Shown here one piece after another: positions 13,641 to 30,188 of a stretch of 64,000 nt of DNA. Positions within the stretch are counted from its first letter, which is position 1. Each line of letters starts with the position of its first letter. The notes below the pieces were generated by a model. That model saw nothing but the letters and a program-made list of their open reading frames with translations. It was not told where the DNA came from and made no database searches. The stretch is from Trichoplax adhaerens (taxonomy: Eukaryota; Animalia; Placozoa), in NCBI RefSeq assembly GCF_000150275.1, contig NW_002060946.1, positions 3,863,454 through 3,927,453 of the forward strand, written 5' to 3'. The position numbers and the translations under genes are program-made.

Positions 13641-14529
13641 GTACACAATACAGCATGACCTTTGTCGTAACCTTTCTTTTAGCGGTGCCTATTTGAAAGA
13701 GTATCATAACGCGGTCACGATCTCCTAGGTCATAGGTAATCAATGTTTGATGGACAAGCTTGTATGCTCTGTATATGCATGATCCCCTATTCTTGATTAG
13801 AATAACGAACTCACTAAATGTCACTCATGTTGCCATAGTTGGAATAGGAAAAATTCTGGGCGAGGTCGAACAATATGCCGCGCTGTACACTATAGTAGGG
13901 TAGGGAATTAATATAAAATATGGGGGTGGATCCGATATCTCTTAAAATGCAATTGCAATGGAAAAAATCGAAATGAATATCCGTGGTCATAAATGCTTAC
14001 CCCATGGTTACGAAGATTATAATGATATGATAGTTGAGTATGTACATACTTTTGGCGATAAATTTCTGATTTACAGAGAGGATAACTTTACCGCCCTGAC
14101 TAAGAAAGTAAACTTGAATCACCAACTTCTAAAAAGTATTGTTTTCACAGGTCTCTGCCTAAATTACCATCGCCAGGAAAAAACGCTATCACGGTTGCGA
14201 TTTAGGACTTATCGTTTCATTTAAGAGTATACAGTGTAGTAGTATACGTAAGCGTCTACTTGAATAAACTTCAATTTGTGTCGAGGTCATCAAGATTTTA
14301 TACGGTGTTCGCGCTTAAAGTATACACATTTGATTGCCGAGTACAAGCGTATACCCAATGTTAACACGTACCCGTATGCGTATATCAAGTAAAATGATTC
14401 GTTCAAAGCGTACAATGCTTAATCTACTGTAGCTCTGGTAGAACGAAAACAATATTATAAACCCTTTCTAAAAGTGTGATAAACGGAAAATTCGATCATA
14501 TCAAAAGATATAATTGAATTAACTACTGT

Positions 14530-14570
14530 CATGAACTAAATAAACCCCGGGATTTATTTAGTAGTCCATG
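14530..14570. repeat. short imperfect palindrome CATGAACTAAATAAACCCCGGGATTTATTTAGTAGTCCATG
   Basis: ACTAAATAAA/TTTATTTAGT arms around a central CCCGGG, with terminal CATG/CATG. Confidence 0.65.
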
Positions 14571-15993
14571 CTATTTTACATAGTAGTACAGTACTGCACT
14601 TATTATATGATCAACAGCAATGGGGATGGAACACAATATATTAGGCATTTGCTATCCAAACTATTCGGTTTGCGAAGTAATACGGATACAACCGGAAGCA
14701 CTTATATCCAGTACTGGTAAAATAAGTATAGAAATTCAATTTCAAATCCAATATTCCCTTATAGTATAGTCCGAAATATATTTGTATCTACTTTGCTATG
14801 TCTGATTTTACAACGTTTACATTCTAAAAGTGAAAATTAAAAAAAATTGCTACATCCCGTACAAATTACAATTGGAACATCTTCATATTCAAACCAAGAT
14901 GTTTGGGTAGTTAAGGCTTTTATCCTCGATACATATCGTGCACTGTACGATGTAGATTATGTGCCAGTTCTTTTACTGTTATATTTATTTTCTACATATG
15001 CGCTAACCCCAGGCACTTTAAAATTTTAAGTCAGTAACAACCACGACTATTGTATCTTAGGCGTTCAATGTATAGTTGCCGTAAGGAAAGAGTCGAGCAA
15101 GAATTAAATAAGAAATGCTAAAATTGATGATGGAAGACATCTTTATTTATATCTTTCATAAGGAAGATGTTAACATTTTCTAATGCAATATTTACGCATT
15201 TATGACGTTAATTTGACTCGGTAGTTAAAAATGGTTTCGCGCTAATCACTCAAAGTATAGAAGTACTGTTGCAGTTTACGAATTATACATATCTATTATA
15301 TACGTATAATTTCTATACATGGTTTCTCGTACTAGTGAGAACGTTATTATGCTGTACAATCACTACTTTCATATTTATCATGCAATATCTTAACGTTGTA
15401 GTGCGGTACAGACTTGAAGATAAGTTTGTTCGTAAAGAACAGATTTTTCGTCAATTGGGACAATGTTAAATTTTACTCGGAGAAATTATAAAGAGATATT
15501 TGTATCTACAATCAAAGGGTACGATATAGGCTTTATAGTAAACAACAGCTCCGACACAATTCACTATTATATAGTACTACAATACTGTGTGTACGTATTA
15601 TACTAGATGTTGATTTCTAAATTTTGATTAACTAAATCAAATATCTTACAATTAGAATCAAAGCGGTTCAAGCTATCCATAAATATATCCATAATTATAA
15701 TCAAAGAGTAATTTTCAAGTTAAAATTATCGTGTTAGTCTACTTACAACTATTACTTTGTGCAGTAATTGCATAAACAGTATAAAATTCGACTTGTTCAA
15801 CTGTTGCAGTTGCAGATTTAGATAATGCATTGTATCACATGCACAGCTTAAAAAGTAGAGTATTATATAAGTGGTTCATTTCTACTGCATTAGTGAAAAT
15901 ATTAACTCAACACTCTTTCAATATTGTCAAGGGTTTTTCAATGTTCAAATCATACATAATACATAGATAATCTGTGAAAATTTGATATAATTT

Positions 15994-17841
15994 TTACATC
16001 TGATATCGATTGCTTTTGAGCAGAATATCGTGTAGATTTTGATTCGTTATCTTTCTATTAATGTCTGCTACAGCAGTTTTAAATAAATTTTCCGTGACAT
16101 TAATTTGGTGGTGAAATTGTTGAGTAATCTTGGGCTTATATCGATTGCCATTCAGTCTTTGCTTTGATTTTGAGTTCTTAAGACCGCGACAGTTTAGATT
16201 GTGGCTAGGATGATGATTTATTTTGTTTAATCGCTCCGTTGGAGGCGAAATGGACCCAATAGTAGTGTTATTCCTTTTTGCGGTGTATTTGTTGGCCATC
16301 CCGTTTGACGAGATTTGTCGAATTTTTCGCCTACCCCTATGATCTTCTGTAGTGCCTTTACCGTATTTGCTTTTATGACGCTTCAAAATTCAAGAGTAGA
16401 AACATGGTTATTGACCTTCTCTACTGAAATGGTACCATTGTGATATAGAATATTGCAAGTGATGGAAAACTGCAAATGTATAACTACAATGACTGATTTT
16501 CCATAAAGATCATAAATTAAATTCAATGTGCAATGCGTAACTAAAATGCAAGTTAAATTTATGGTGCTATTGGCAGTACCAACCTTAATTCGCATAAGTC
16601 GTAAATCTGTAAATACGTTCTGATCTAAATCTTGCAATTTGCCTTCCTCGCCGTGTGTTCTTTTTCTTTTAACGCCAAATTGTTCACTCCAATCGATATC
16701 TAAGTTAAATACACAAAGTGAGTGTGGTATAATCTTAAGGATCACTTATAGTTGCAATCAAGTTTAGATCTCAGTAAGTTAAAACAATAGCAAGCAGGCG
16801 AATTGTAAAGATAAATTTATTACATACGTCCAGATTCAAGCATCCGTTTAGTAATGAAAACATGCCCACAAGAGCAGGAAATTGCACCTAGTGGCACCTA
16901 AATAAATGTCATGGATAGAAATAATGAATAACGGAATAAGAATTTATATCACTCTATTGTTGCTCTTAAGGATAAAATTGATGGACGGATTAATTTTTTT
17001 GATGCAATGTGTAGCAAAAGTATTTCTCTTATCATTTTTTCGAATTCGAATTAATACTATGGATTGTGAGATTGTAAGTTTGCAATCAGATCTAATACAT
17101 CCAATAAGAAGGTTACTTTGTAGAGATCGATAGTACGTGGAATAATATCAACAAAATATCTCTAATTTGTGCAATTTGGATAGATTACAATCTTGCTGTC
17201 AGCAGTTAGCTTAAATAATATTAGCTACTGTAATATGTAATACGTTGCATACGAAGCTACTATCCATGCATTCATAGAAGCATTGAGGTAATGGCTAATT
17301 AGGGTTCAACAACGCAATCAAAATACCATCATTTAAGGTCTTGGAATCTATCGATTCTGCAAAATTAAATTCTTCGTATAACCTCGTTATATTTAGTGAA
17401 AAATGATCTATCCATATCAATTTCAAAAGATATATTGTATTAATTCTAGCTACAAGATTAGAATGACTCATTCAGATCGATTGTAGCAAGTAATCGTTTT
17501 GCATGTTTTAATATACTGCATACAATATCGGCTGACCTACTCTAGCAGTTAATGACAATGAGTACGGTAAAATGTTCTTATTTAATCGTAGTGTTGAAAT
17601 TCAACTGATTACATCAAACACAACATCTCCTGAGAGTAAAAAACTCCGATTCAAAATTTTTATCATGTATTATGCACGTAAATATATTTATACAGAGTCG
17701 TAGTTACGTTTACTGATATCGAAGTAACATTAATTGTTCAAAAGCTGGCATGACCTAATCTATCATTACATCATTTCATTTCTATTTAGCCTAGACATTT
17801 ACCTCTTTATTGCAAACGATGCACATTTTATTTTCCATCAT
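15994..17841 (-). CDS. C16orf87: UPF0547 protein C16orf87 homologue (N-terminal zinc ribbon, basic middle, conserved C-terminal helix)
   Basis: Exons 17841-17803, 16897-16828, 16699-16584 and 16380-15994 splice in frame (203 aa). MMENKMCIVCNKE|VPLGAISCSCGHVFITKRML matches the recalled family [46 protein letters not shown] matches FSVALAEINRKIINQRL. Confidence 0.85.
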
Positions 17842-20800
17842 CCTTCGTTGACGCATAGTACCGTTAGTATAGAGTTATCACTGATCGCTATTATTAAAAT
17901 AATCTACCGGTGAATACTGTACAGTACAAATTAAATTAAAACTAAATACTTTGATCGATGATAAATACAAGATATCATTGAAGAAAGAGTAAGTTTACAT
18001 AATCGATCGAATATTTTATGCTGACTGTTGGTGGACAACCCCTTTAGCAGCAAAATAGTCGCTAGTGACGTATGTGACGTGACGTACTGTATTATATACC
18101 GGTCGGCTAAATTTGGACTACAGTATTTATTGGATCGGTGTACTGTCTAGCTTCCAACGCTACTGTGTTGATTACAGGCTAGTGTATGGACATTCCCTAC
18201 AGTGCGTCGATTATACCACGAGACTACGGTGGACTGTAACCATACAATAGTCTAAAAATGGACTCCAATATGCGCCAGAAATGCAAGCCGTAAAAAAAAC
18301 ATCTAGAAATGTCTAGAAGTTTACGCTTATATGGCATTCATGCAGCACTTTTAGTATAGAAGATCTTGAACTATTTGAAGGAGTGCAATACAGTCCCTAA
18401 AATATTACTGGAATTCATATACTACATTACCTACGGGTAATTTTTAAAACAACAATGATCATATTCAAGTTCCAGATTTAAATTCCTGTGCAATGGGTGG
18501 AATCATGATCGTGAGTCAGTGGTTAAAAATAGTAAAAGATCGAAGACATATGTACATAGTGTACGACTGTACATATCGTAGAAGGATAGTAACAAGCGGA
18601 AAGTTATTAATGTGACATTGCAATATCTACGAGACTTTCTAGATTAAATAATAATAATAATACTAAGGTAAAGAAATTTATATTCCTGTAAAGTCCAACT
18701 TATGACTAGTCATGACCATAAACAATTAGCCACCCAGTGCAAATAGAAAAAGGCTGAAGCCGTACGTAGTAGATACACTACGTACATCCAATACATTTTA
18801 AGGGGCTCACCAATAACTTTCATTATAACAAGGAAAGCGGTAAGGGCAGATGAGTGCAATTATTGTGGTATCTATAATTTCCAGCAATTACTACGATAGA
18901 ATAATAACAATCAAGTAAGAAATTTCAATTTCTGAAAAAAGAAAATTATCATCATGATCGCCAGTTACCAAGTAAAAGTAATAAAAGACTCCAGCGTATA
19001 TACGTGTATATTATTTATACTGTACATACATTTTAAGCGGTTCGCTAATGACCATTATAAGGAGAGCAACCAGGAAAGTTCGAGCGATTTTTGCAGTGTC
19101 TATGAAAATTTCCAGTTTTTATGATAGGATGCGTAATAATCAAGTTCGATCGATTTTTGAATAGTTCCTGAGGAAATTGAAGTTTCTGGGGGAAAAAAAA
19201 TAGTTAGAATGGATAGCTGCTAGTAATAGATATGTCTCGCATTGAAAATTTCATTGAGTTAACTTGCATATATATTATGAGAACAGCAATATGAGGAAGT
19301 TTGTGGAACCACTGCTTTAATAAATATCCTCTTACTGTAGTAATCCCTTAGCAGCAGGGTGCATATGGATATTTCCATCCACAATATTAGACTCGATATG
19401 AACAATAGAGTCACTCTCTCTACGAGAGTATATTAACCTGCTTTACAGTACATTGGCGACTGTACAAAGTGTAAGGGTTTATTAATAAACACAGGTTTAA
19501 TTTTACAAGCTATTCTATCCGTATTTATTGTAAAAGATGTAACTGTGCGTTGTGATAAACAAGCAGTTAAAATTTCCAATACTTCCAATTTTTTCATATG
19601 TACTAGATTCCTCACAATTAAAGTTTTACCGGTAATAGACGAAAATAGTACCGTATATCTTTTTCAACATTGCTAGGCTACCAACAGAGGGGGAGGGGGC
19701 GATATAAGGTTATTTTATTCATTCGGTTCCGTGCACTATAATTATTGTAAACAAGCATTTTATTTTAGCATTTTGAATAATTTAACATTTTTATATACTT
19801 TCCCATCATTATAATTTAGATTTTATCGTCTTTTTAATGAACGAGGGTATTACGGTATGATTTTTTAACGTTGTAAGGATGCTAATAGGGGCAGATACAT
19901 ATGGATAGTTACTCATAGTATCATTCATCATTTAAGGCGTCGAGGATACTATCTTCATATTATTGGCAGCGCACAAACAAGAGCATTTTTTGTGTACACT
20001 ATTTTTGAAGGGGAATGTACGGTATAAGTATTTACTAGAATATGTAAAGTACTACGATTTACTTTGTCATCGAAAGCGGTTAACCTTACGATTCGTAATG
20101 TAGATTTCTAGATTATTGATTTTTAACATATTGTATACTTTTTCAACGTAGCTATTTTATATTTTTCTGTATCTAAGATTAACAGGCTTATTATTAGTGA
20201 TGCTTCAATGTGAGATTTGTGGCGAAAGATAAAGTATATCCGTTCAAGCTTCAAGTATGTTTATTCCGACATTTTTTAAATCACATTTTACTAGTACTAG
20301 TTAGAATGACGTTCTAATCAAAGTTTCAGTTCAGTTCTATTCCCTTTATCTCCATTTTGAATTTGATACTGATTTGATCTTTAATTCATCCATAGCTTAA
20401 CATCTGTTACTATTACTCCCACTATGACTCACAATAACATATTCATCTAGTTCTGGTGCATTGAGCTGCATTTTACGCTGTTTTTTTTTTACTTAGAAAT
20501 AGAGACTACTGTTGTCTATTTCAGAACAATTTCTTATTAACCGCCATATAAATAATACAGTCAAATCCAAGTGATGATTTACTCCATGTACGAACCTTAA
20601 TTATATTCTGTTAAATTGATATTAGCAAATACGGTATCCTGATTGATTAATGATTTAAAATTTACTAATGCATGTATTTAAGGAAATGCAATTTTAAATG
20701 TGATTTGTTTTCGGGGCTACTTGGAAATGTCTAATCTTGTTTAACACGATCGATTCGATGCGAGGATATAATACATAACGAGCACTATCGCATTCTGTAG

Positions 20801-22732
20801 AGCTTTAGTTCAATTAATAAACAGAATGAACTAATCTATACAACAGTCGTTACTGCTTGGCAAAGATAATTATTGTAAAAGCATCTTGCCTTGGTGTGGA
20901 GCGGTTCTTGCACTCGCTATCAATTTGACAATAAGCAGTAGCTACTGTATTTTATACTACTAAATTTGATTTTATACTATCACTTTCTCGCTATATTCTG
21001 CTCAATTCTAACAATTTCGAATTGATCCCTTCTCAAAGCAAGTTACTGGCAAGTCATACCGTAAGCCTTGGCGTAAGGTATTTTCGTATTGAGAAATATA
21101 ATATAATGTAACAATATCCTTCATTATATTTAAGGGAGAATTTTTATGCTGGCCACGAATCACATTGACTGTTCGTAACATAAATCGTGCCTTATACAAT
21201 AATTAGTTGATGATATTATAGATATTTAAGCCAAAATATTGTTGTTGAGAGTGAGCTGTAGCACTAGTTGTAGGCTTAAAAATTTTTAATTGGAAATGAA
21301 ATACGGAAGGCAAACAGGGATAAACTTGGCTATGCCAACTGAGTTTTAATCGCCTTCCTAAGTAGTTATGTATCTATGAAGTATATATAATGCGGCTCAG
21401 TATTTCATTCCAAATCCATTCGTATACGTGTACACGGGAATTACGGCTTTGGATTTGGATAGAACACGTTTGCTTTGAATGTGTTTTAGATATTTCGTTT
21501 ATGTAAAGTTAATATCGCGATGGCAGATAGAAGTGAAACACTTTTCTCCGAACTTACAAAGTATCTACAGCTACTTTCGTCAAGAATGTCTTATTTATTT
21601 ATTTATTAATCAGATATTGTTATTATTATTACTAGCGAAACCCGTAGAAATTTTATGGATTAGCGCTGCAAGAAATAAATTTAAACACAAACGTAACTAT
21701 TTTAGCTACTAATGTGATTATATATTTAAAGTATACTAATCTAGTAATGAAATAACTTTATTTACGTCATACATAAATAACGTCTAACAACATAATAAAG
21801 ACAAATAGTATTGAAACATGACAATATCAAATTGGCTCTTTAATCTATATCATTACAGTTAGCGCTACGGCTATTATAACAGGCATCTGTTGTGTATTTA
21901 AGTGTCGTATGTCATATCATATGAGCATGTAAGGAATTTTTGCTATACCGTGCTTTCTTACTAATTGAAGGATATTTTCTCTGGAACATAAACACGAGAA
22001 GAAAAAAAGTGTATCAAGTAACGGTGAAATCTAAAATTTTACATTATAGAATACTAAATTTATGAGTTCATTTATAGATTATTTATAAATTATCACCGGT
22101 TAGTGTTGACTTAGATGAATACGCCATGTATCGTATTGAAACAACCCTTGGCAGGTTTTTTTATCTAGCAGTATAAGCTTGTTAATGGAAATGAACGTAT
22201 TACTTGTAAAGCTAAATCAGTGTACACTATGAGATTGCGGTGATTTCCACATCTAAAATTGAATTCCCGGCTAACTGTGAATAATTTACTTTACAGTGGT
22301 AAACTGCATCTAATAGGCGATATTGTTATTTTCTACCGCAGGAACTTGACACACATAAAAATATTACTTTTTTAAGAATTTATTAACCACCGGGCAGCAC
22401 TGCTGATGTAGGCTACTGTATGCGAAACAGTTTAAACATACGCCATATAGCCTTTAGTCAATGAGATAACATATATCACTTATAGCAGTTATTATGTATA
22501 AAATCATTATTAATAAGGCATAATCATAAAAGCATGCTTCATAATTATAATCCGATTCGATTGATTACCATCAAATAAAATAATTTGTATCTGATCTGAA
22601 TTGTTCTTGTTGTCTACAATTTCATGTCACTGTAACGATTTGCATTTAAGATTATAGTAAATCCCGAATTAACCTACAAGCTCCGTTTGATTATTACAAT
22701 AGCGACAGAATTTGTATTTGCAAAATAGTATT

Positions 22733-26187
<3,455 letters not shown>

Positions 26188-28544
26188 TTTTAATTCCTTA
26201 TTATAAAAAGTATTTAGGATAAAATAAAAACGTTAGTTGCCTAGCATTGTAATCACTTTATACGAGAACAGGTGCCCATTTACATCAGTAATTCATTAAC
26301 ATGAGGTGTGCATAAAATTACATAAAGTGCTACTGACCGCTGTACTTCAAATACTGATATACTTGTAGTGAGTCATAAAATATTTGCACATTTGAGTGTT
26401 AAAGATGATTGTAATGAATTGATGATAACGTGCAGTATTTCTGTGTTGTAGTGGTCAAAAATTACAAATTACCGTATTTCCTGTAAGGTTATGGTGATAT
26501 TTTATTATTCGCAATACATTAGTATTCTCATAATTGATGTATTGTAACGAAAATGGTGAATGCTGTTGTCTTGAAATTGTGAAGGTGAGCCTATACAATC
26601 AGGCAAGTAGTAACACCTGCATAACGTTATTAACTTAAAGATGCTGGTAGCTAGATAGTATACTACTATACTGTGCTGAAAGCATATCGTTTACGACTGT
26701 TGTATGCTGGTAAATGGGGCTCAACATTAGCTTCTAATAAATGATAAGCTACAGGTAGGTAAATGACTGGAATTTGAATCGATAGTGCTGAAACTGCTTT
26801 AAAGGATAGAGCATACAGGGATTTGCGTTGAAAACTAGACAGTGGTGCAGGAATTTTAACTTGGTGCTATTAGAATCTTTTTTGTCATCGCTTTTACCCA
26901 TCGTAGAAGTCGAATGAGACGACATCCAGTATTACTAGTTTCTAAAAATCTATCATTTCCTTAGAATTTCACAGATTTTCATTTCCAATGAATACCTTGA
27001 CATAAACAATAACTTTACACATATCTAAATGAATTATTATTTATGATTGATTCATGATTAATTAATTACTGATAATTATTATCATTTAGTAGCATCAGTG
27101 ATGATCGTCTGGGCGTCTGGATGTCTGTATGCTAGCCGGGTCTGTACTGTAGGGTCATGTCAAAGGTTTTGTCACATCTGTTGCACGCAACACGCAACAA
27201 CTTCGATCGGATCAGTCATTGTGAATTCAGGACTGTAGGCATAGTGTACAGTACAGTCCAATCCAATATAGTACTGTACTGTACTAGTAAGTAGGACGAA
27301 CTGGTTTTTAAAATAGCAAGTCGTGAATTCGAATGATTATATAAATCTTCATCCACATCATGATGAATTCAAACTTGAACTTTTATTTGTAACAGTAATT
27401 TAAAAGGTGTATGAAGGTGCCTTTACATAGTGTTGAGCTATACCGAAGGAGCGGAGACAATATTGCATTGCGTTTGTATATGGTTTACATAGATTGTGAA
27501 GAAAAGATACGCTATGGGAGGTGCAGCTGCAAGAGGTTTTTTTTTTTAAATAAATAAAATAAAATTAATTAAATATGTAGATCCGTTTTCAACTCGGTAT
27601 GAATTGATTGATTGGTTACTGTACGTTATAGTTACACGTGTTTCACTTAGACATCATCCATTTGTTATAACTGTAGAGCACAGCAGCTTCACCAAGTGAA
27701 TGATCCCCCAAAAAGAAGAGATAGAAATGTACAGCAGCGTTACATTCTATGTAGATAACGAGTAATACAATTTTCCATTTTGCACGCGAGTACAAGATAA
27801 AAAAGTATGGCTTACTGTATTTTATAAAACACGGTACTGTATTCTGAAATAGTTTTATTTCAGCCTGCACCCTGCAGGCATTGATGAATTATTATATTGT
27901 ATTTTAAGCTTAACCTTGCCGGTTTATTAGCAGTGGTAACATATACTCGTCTATAGTCATTGAAAGTATTTTCGAGATTTCAAGGTGGGCCAAAAATGAG
28001 AAAGCGTTCTTACCTTGACTTTTTTGGTTACAGCTAGCAATAATTAGCGGTAAAAGAATTGGTTCTACGGTAGTATTATACTGTCATCAGACGGTCATGA
28101 ATTAATAGTTCATGCTCATCTCCACTGAGCACGGGCTCGACGGTAAGGTGTGTTCCAATTTGAAGTTTCCAGCTCAATTTGTGCACAGTATGCAAAGTTC
28201 CAAATAAGTGGTGATTAATTACTCTCTCTCTCTATCTCTTTAAGTACAGTACACGAAAGTATTATTGGTATTAATACAGTACTGAATCGATTCTATCACT
28301 AGATTAAAAAATGTACAGAGATACTACAACCAGTGCCCTAGAACTACAGTTCTGCAATCTCTAAACTGAGTCTTAAATAATAGTATATATATACAGTTTA
28401 TATGATAAATTTACTGTATGTTAAGCCAGTCTTAACCGTAGTTAATAGGTGGTCACAATGGAGTGACTGTGTTTTACTATAGTGTTCACTTGGGCTTTTA
28501 AACTATTGTAATTTCAATTTCAACAATCGTCGTAGCTCGATTTA

Positions 28545-29010
28545 TTGTACTGTACAGTACCGTCGTATCCAGTACGTTACGTTACGGTACGTAAGGGTAC
28601 CAGTACAGTATTGTACTGTACAGTACTGTAATGAAACTGAATACTGCACTGTACTGTACTGTACAGTACTGTAATTTGTTATCTTTAACACTACAGTACA
28701 GTACAGTACTGTAGATAACAGTTCGCACGACACGCATACGGAGTCCACGGACTCAAGATAAAAAAATTTCATTCAAATTTTACTCACATGACTGTACAGT
28801 ACACTGTACAGTACTGTAGCGTACGCTACAGAGTAGAAACCGAACTACACCTGGACAGTAATTCACCAGACCTTCCTCTTTCTACACGTTTCAAATTTTG
28901 AGAATTTTACTGTAAAAATCTTAAATCTTCATAAAAGTTTGCACGGATTTCTCTTCAAGAAATTCTACACGCTGTACACCGTACTGTACAGTACTATGCT
29001 ATACTGTATA
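28545..29010. repeat. TACTGTAC/CAGTA-rich low-complexity cluster, containing an 18-bp perfect palindrome CTGTAGCGTACGCTACAG (28814-28831)
   Basis: Visible directly in the sequence; no adjacent CDS start identified. Confidence 0.7.
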
Positions 29011-29284
29011 TTGCTTGTGTAAACTACTCGTTTGTACTCGGTAGTTTACAGCCTAATTTCTGTATACGTATTCAAGCACTTGTATATCTGGCTGCTACAT
29101 ATGCATATTCATATTAATGACGCTTGGGGTTTGTGTAAATTATCAATTAAATACTACTTAGAGAACGCTTCCGATATTGCTTATACCTGCAATTTACAAG
29201 TAGCCACATCGATCAAAAAGTGTACAATGAGTAGTACCATTTTTGGTTTGGGTGTAGCGTTGATACTCGATAATTATAGTGGAT

Positions 29285-29330
29285 ATGCTATGGTGGCATG
29301 ATGAGAATTCTCATCATGCCACCATAGCAT
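29285..29330. repeat. 46-bp perfect palindrome with no spacer
   Basis: ATGCTATGGTGGCATGATGAGAA|TTCTCATCATGCCACCATAGCAT; the halves are exact reverse complements. Confidence 0.95.
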
Positions 29331-29505
29331 GTCAACGATATCAGGGGCGGTTGACATTGAGATAAAAGCTTACTCAAAGGTTAAAATGCTCGCCACGCCC
29401 GATACACTGTACAGTACAGTACTGTAAACTAGAGGGTCCCTGCTACTGTACAGTACAGTACAGTATACTGTAGTAAGGGTCTCTACAGTACAGTACTGTA
29501 CTGTA

Positions 29506-30029
29506 CACTAATGGCCAATAAAAGTGTAATAAAGGCTTCTTGACGGCCATTTTTGCGGTCAAATCAACTTAATTTTTGAATATGTAGAATTCAATTTCAA
29601 TTGTTCAAACAAGGTCAAAAATTTCTTAAAATACACGAAAATAGAGAGAAAAATCGAAAATTTCTATATTTAAATATTTTATTTCGAATTAAGCTTTACT
29701 GACCGCAAATGAAAATTTTAAAAATACAACATTCGAGTGAGCATAAGAATTAGACCCCCCAAAAAGATGGCGTCCGTCGAAAAAAATCATTGGTCGACTT
29801 AAGAGCGTGCTGTTACCAATTGGAAAAACTTGTAACGGCTAAATGACCCACTCTGTAGCCTGTTAAATATCTTCATATATCATATAAATAGGATAATAAA
29901 GCTTACAAATTTGAGATTTCTTTCTATGGATACAAAATAAGAAGTGCTATCTTTTTAGGTTTTAACAGCTTTTAGACTAGGATTTTGGATATTCAATTTT
30001 TTCGATTGCACTTTCATTGGCCATTACTG
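29506..30029. mobile_element. non-autonomous Tc1/mariner-like element (MITE), 524 bp
   Basis: 25-bp terminal inverted repeats: left CACTAATGGCCAATAAAAGTGTAAT versus reverse complement of the right end CAGTAATGGCCAATGAAAGTGCAAT (3 mismatches). TA immediately left, TT right (degenerate TSD). AT-rich interior with no ORF in the track. Confidence 0.75.
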
Positions 30030-30188
30030 TTCCGACAATGTGTGATGGACATGCGCCGAACCGGACTCACGACCCTGGTCGAGTCTGTAGACCTGGCTAA
30101 TTTCTGAACGGAACCGTGACCGTCAAGAGGTGAACAGGTGCACACCGCACAGCAGTCTGATTTGCTTGCTTTGATAGAACAGCGCGGG

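Noticed and set aside
13958-14224. 88-aa ORF MEKIEMNIRG... as a possible gene or transposase fragment
   Set aside because: No recognisable motif, splice partners or terminal repeats.
14425-14500. tRNA-like A-box (gtagctctggtagaacg)
   Set aside because: No B-box or T-loop and no cloverleaf pairing follows.
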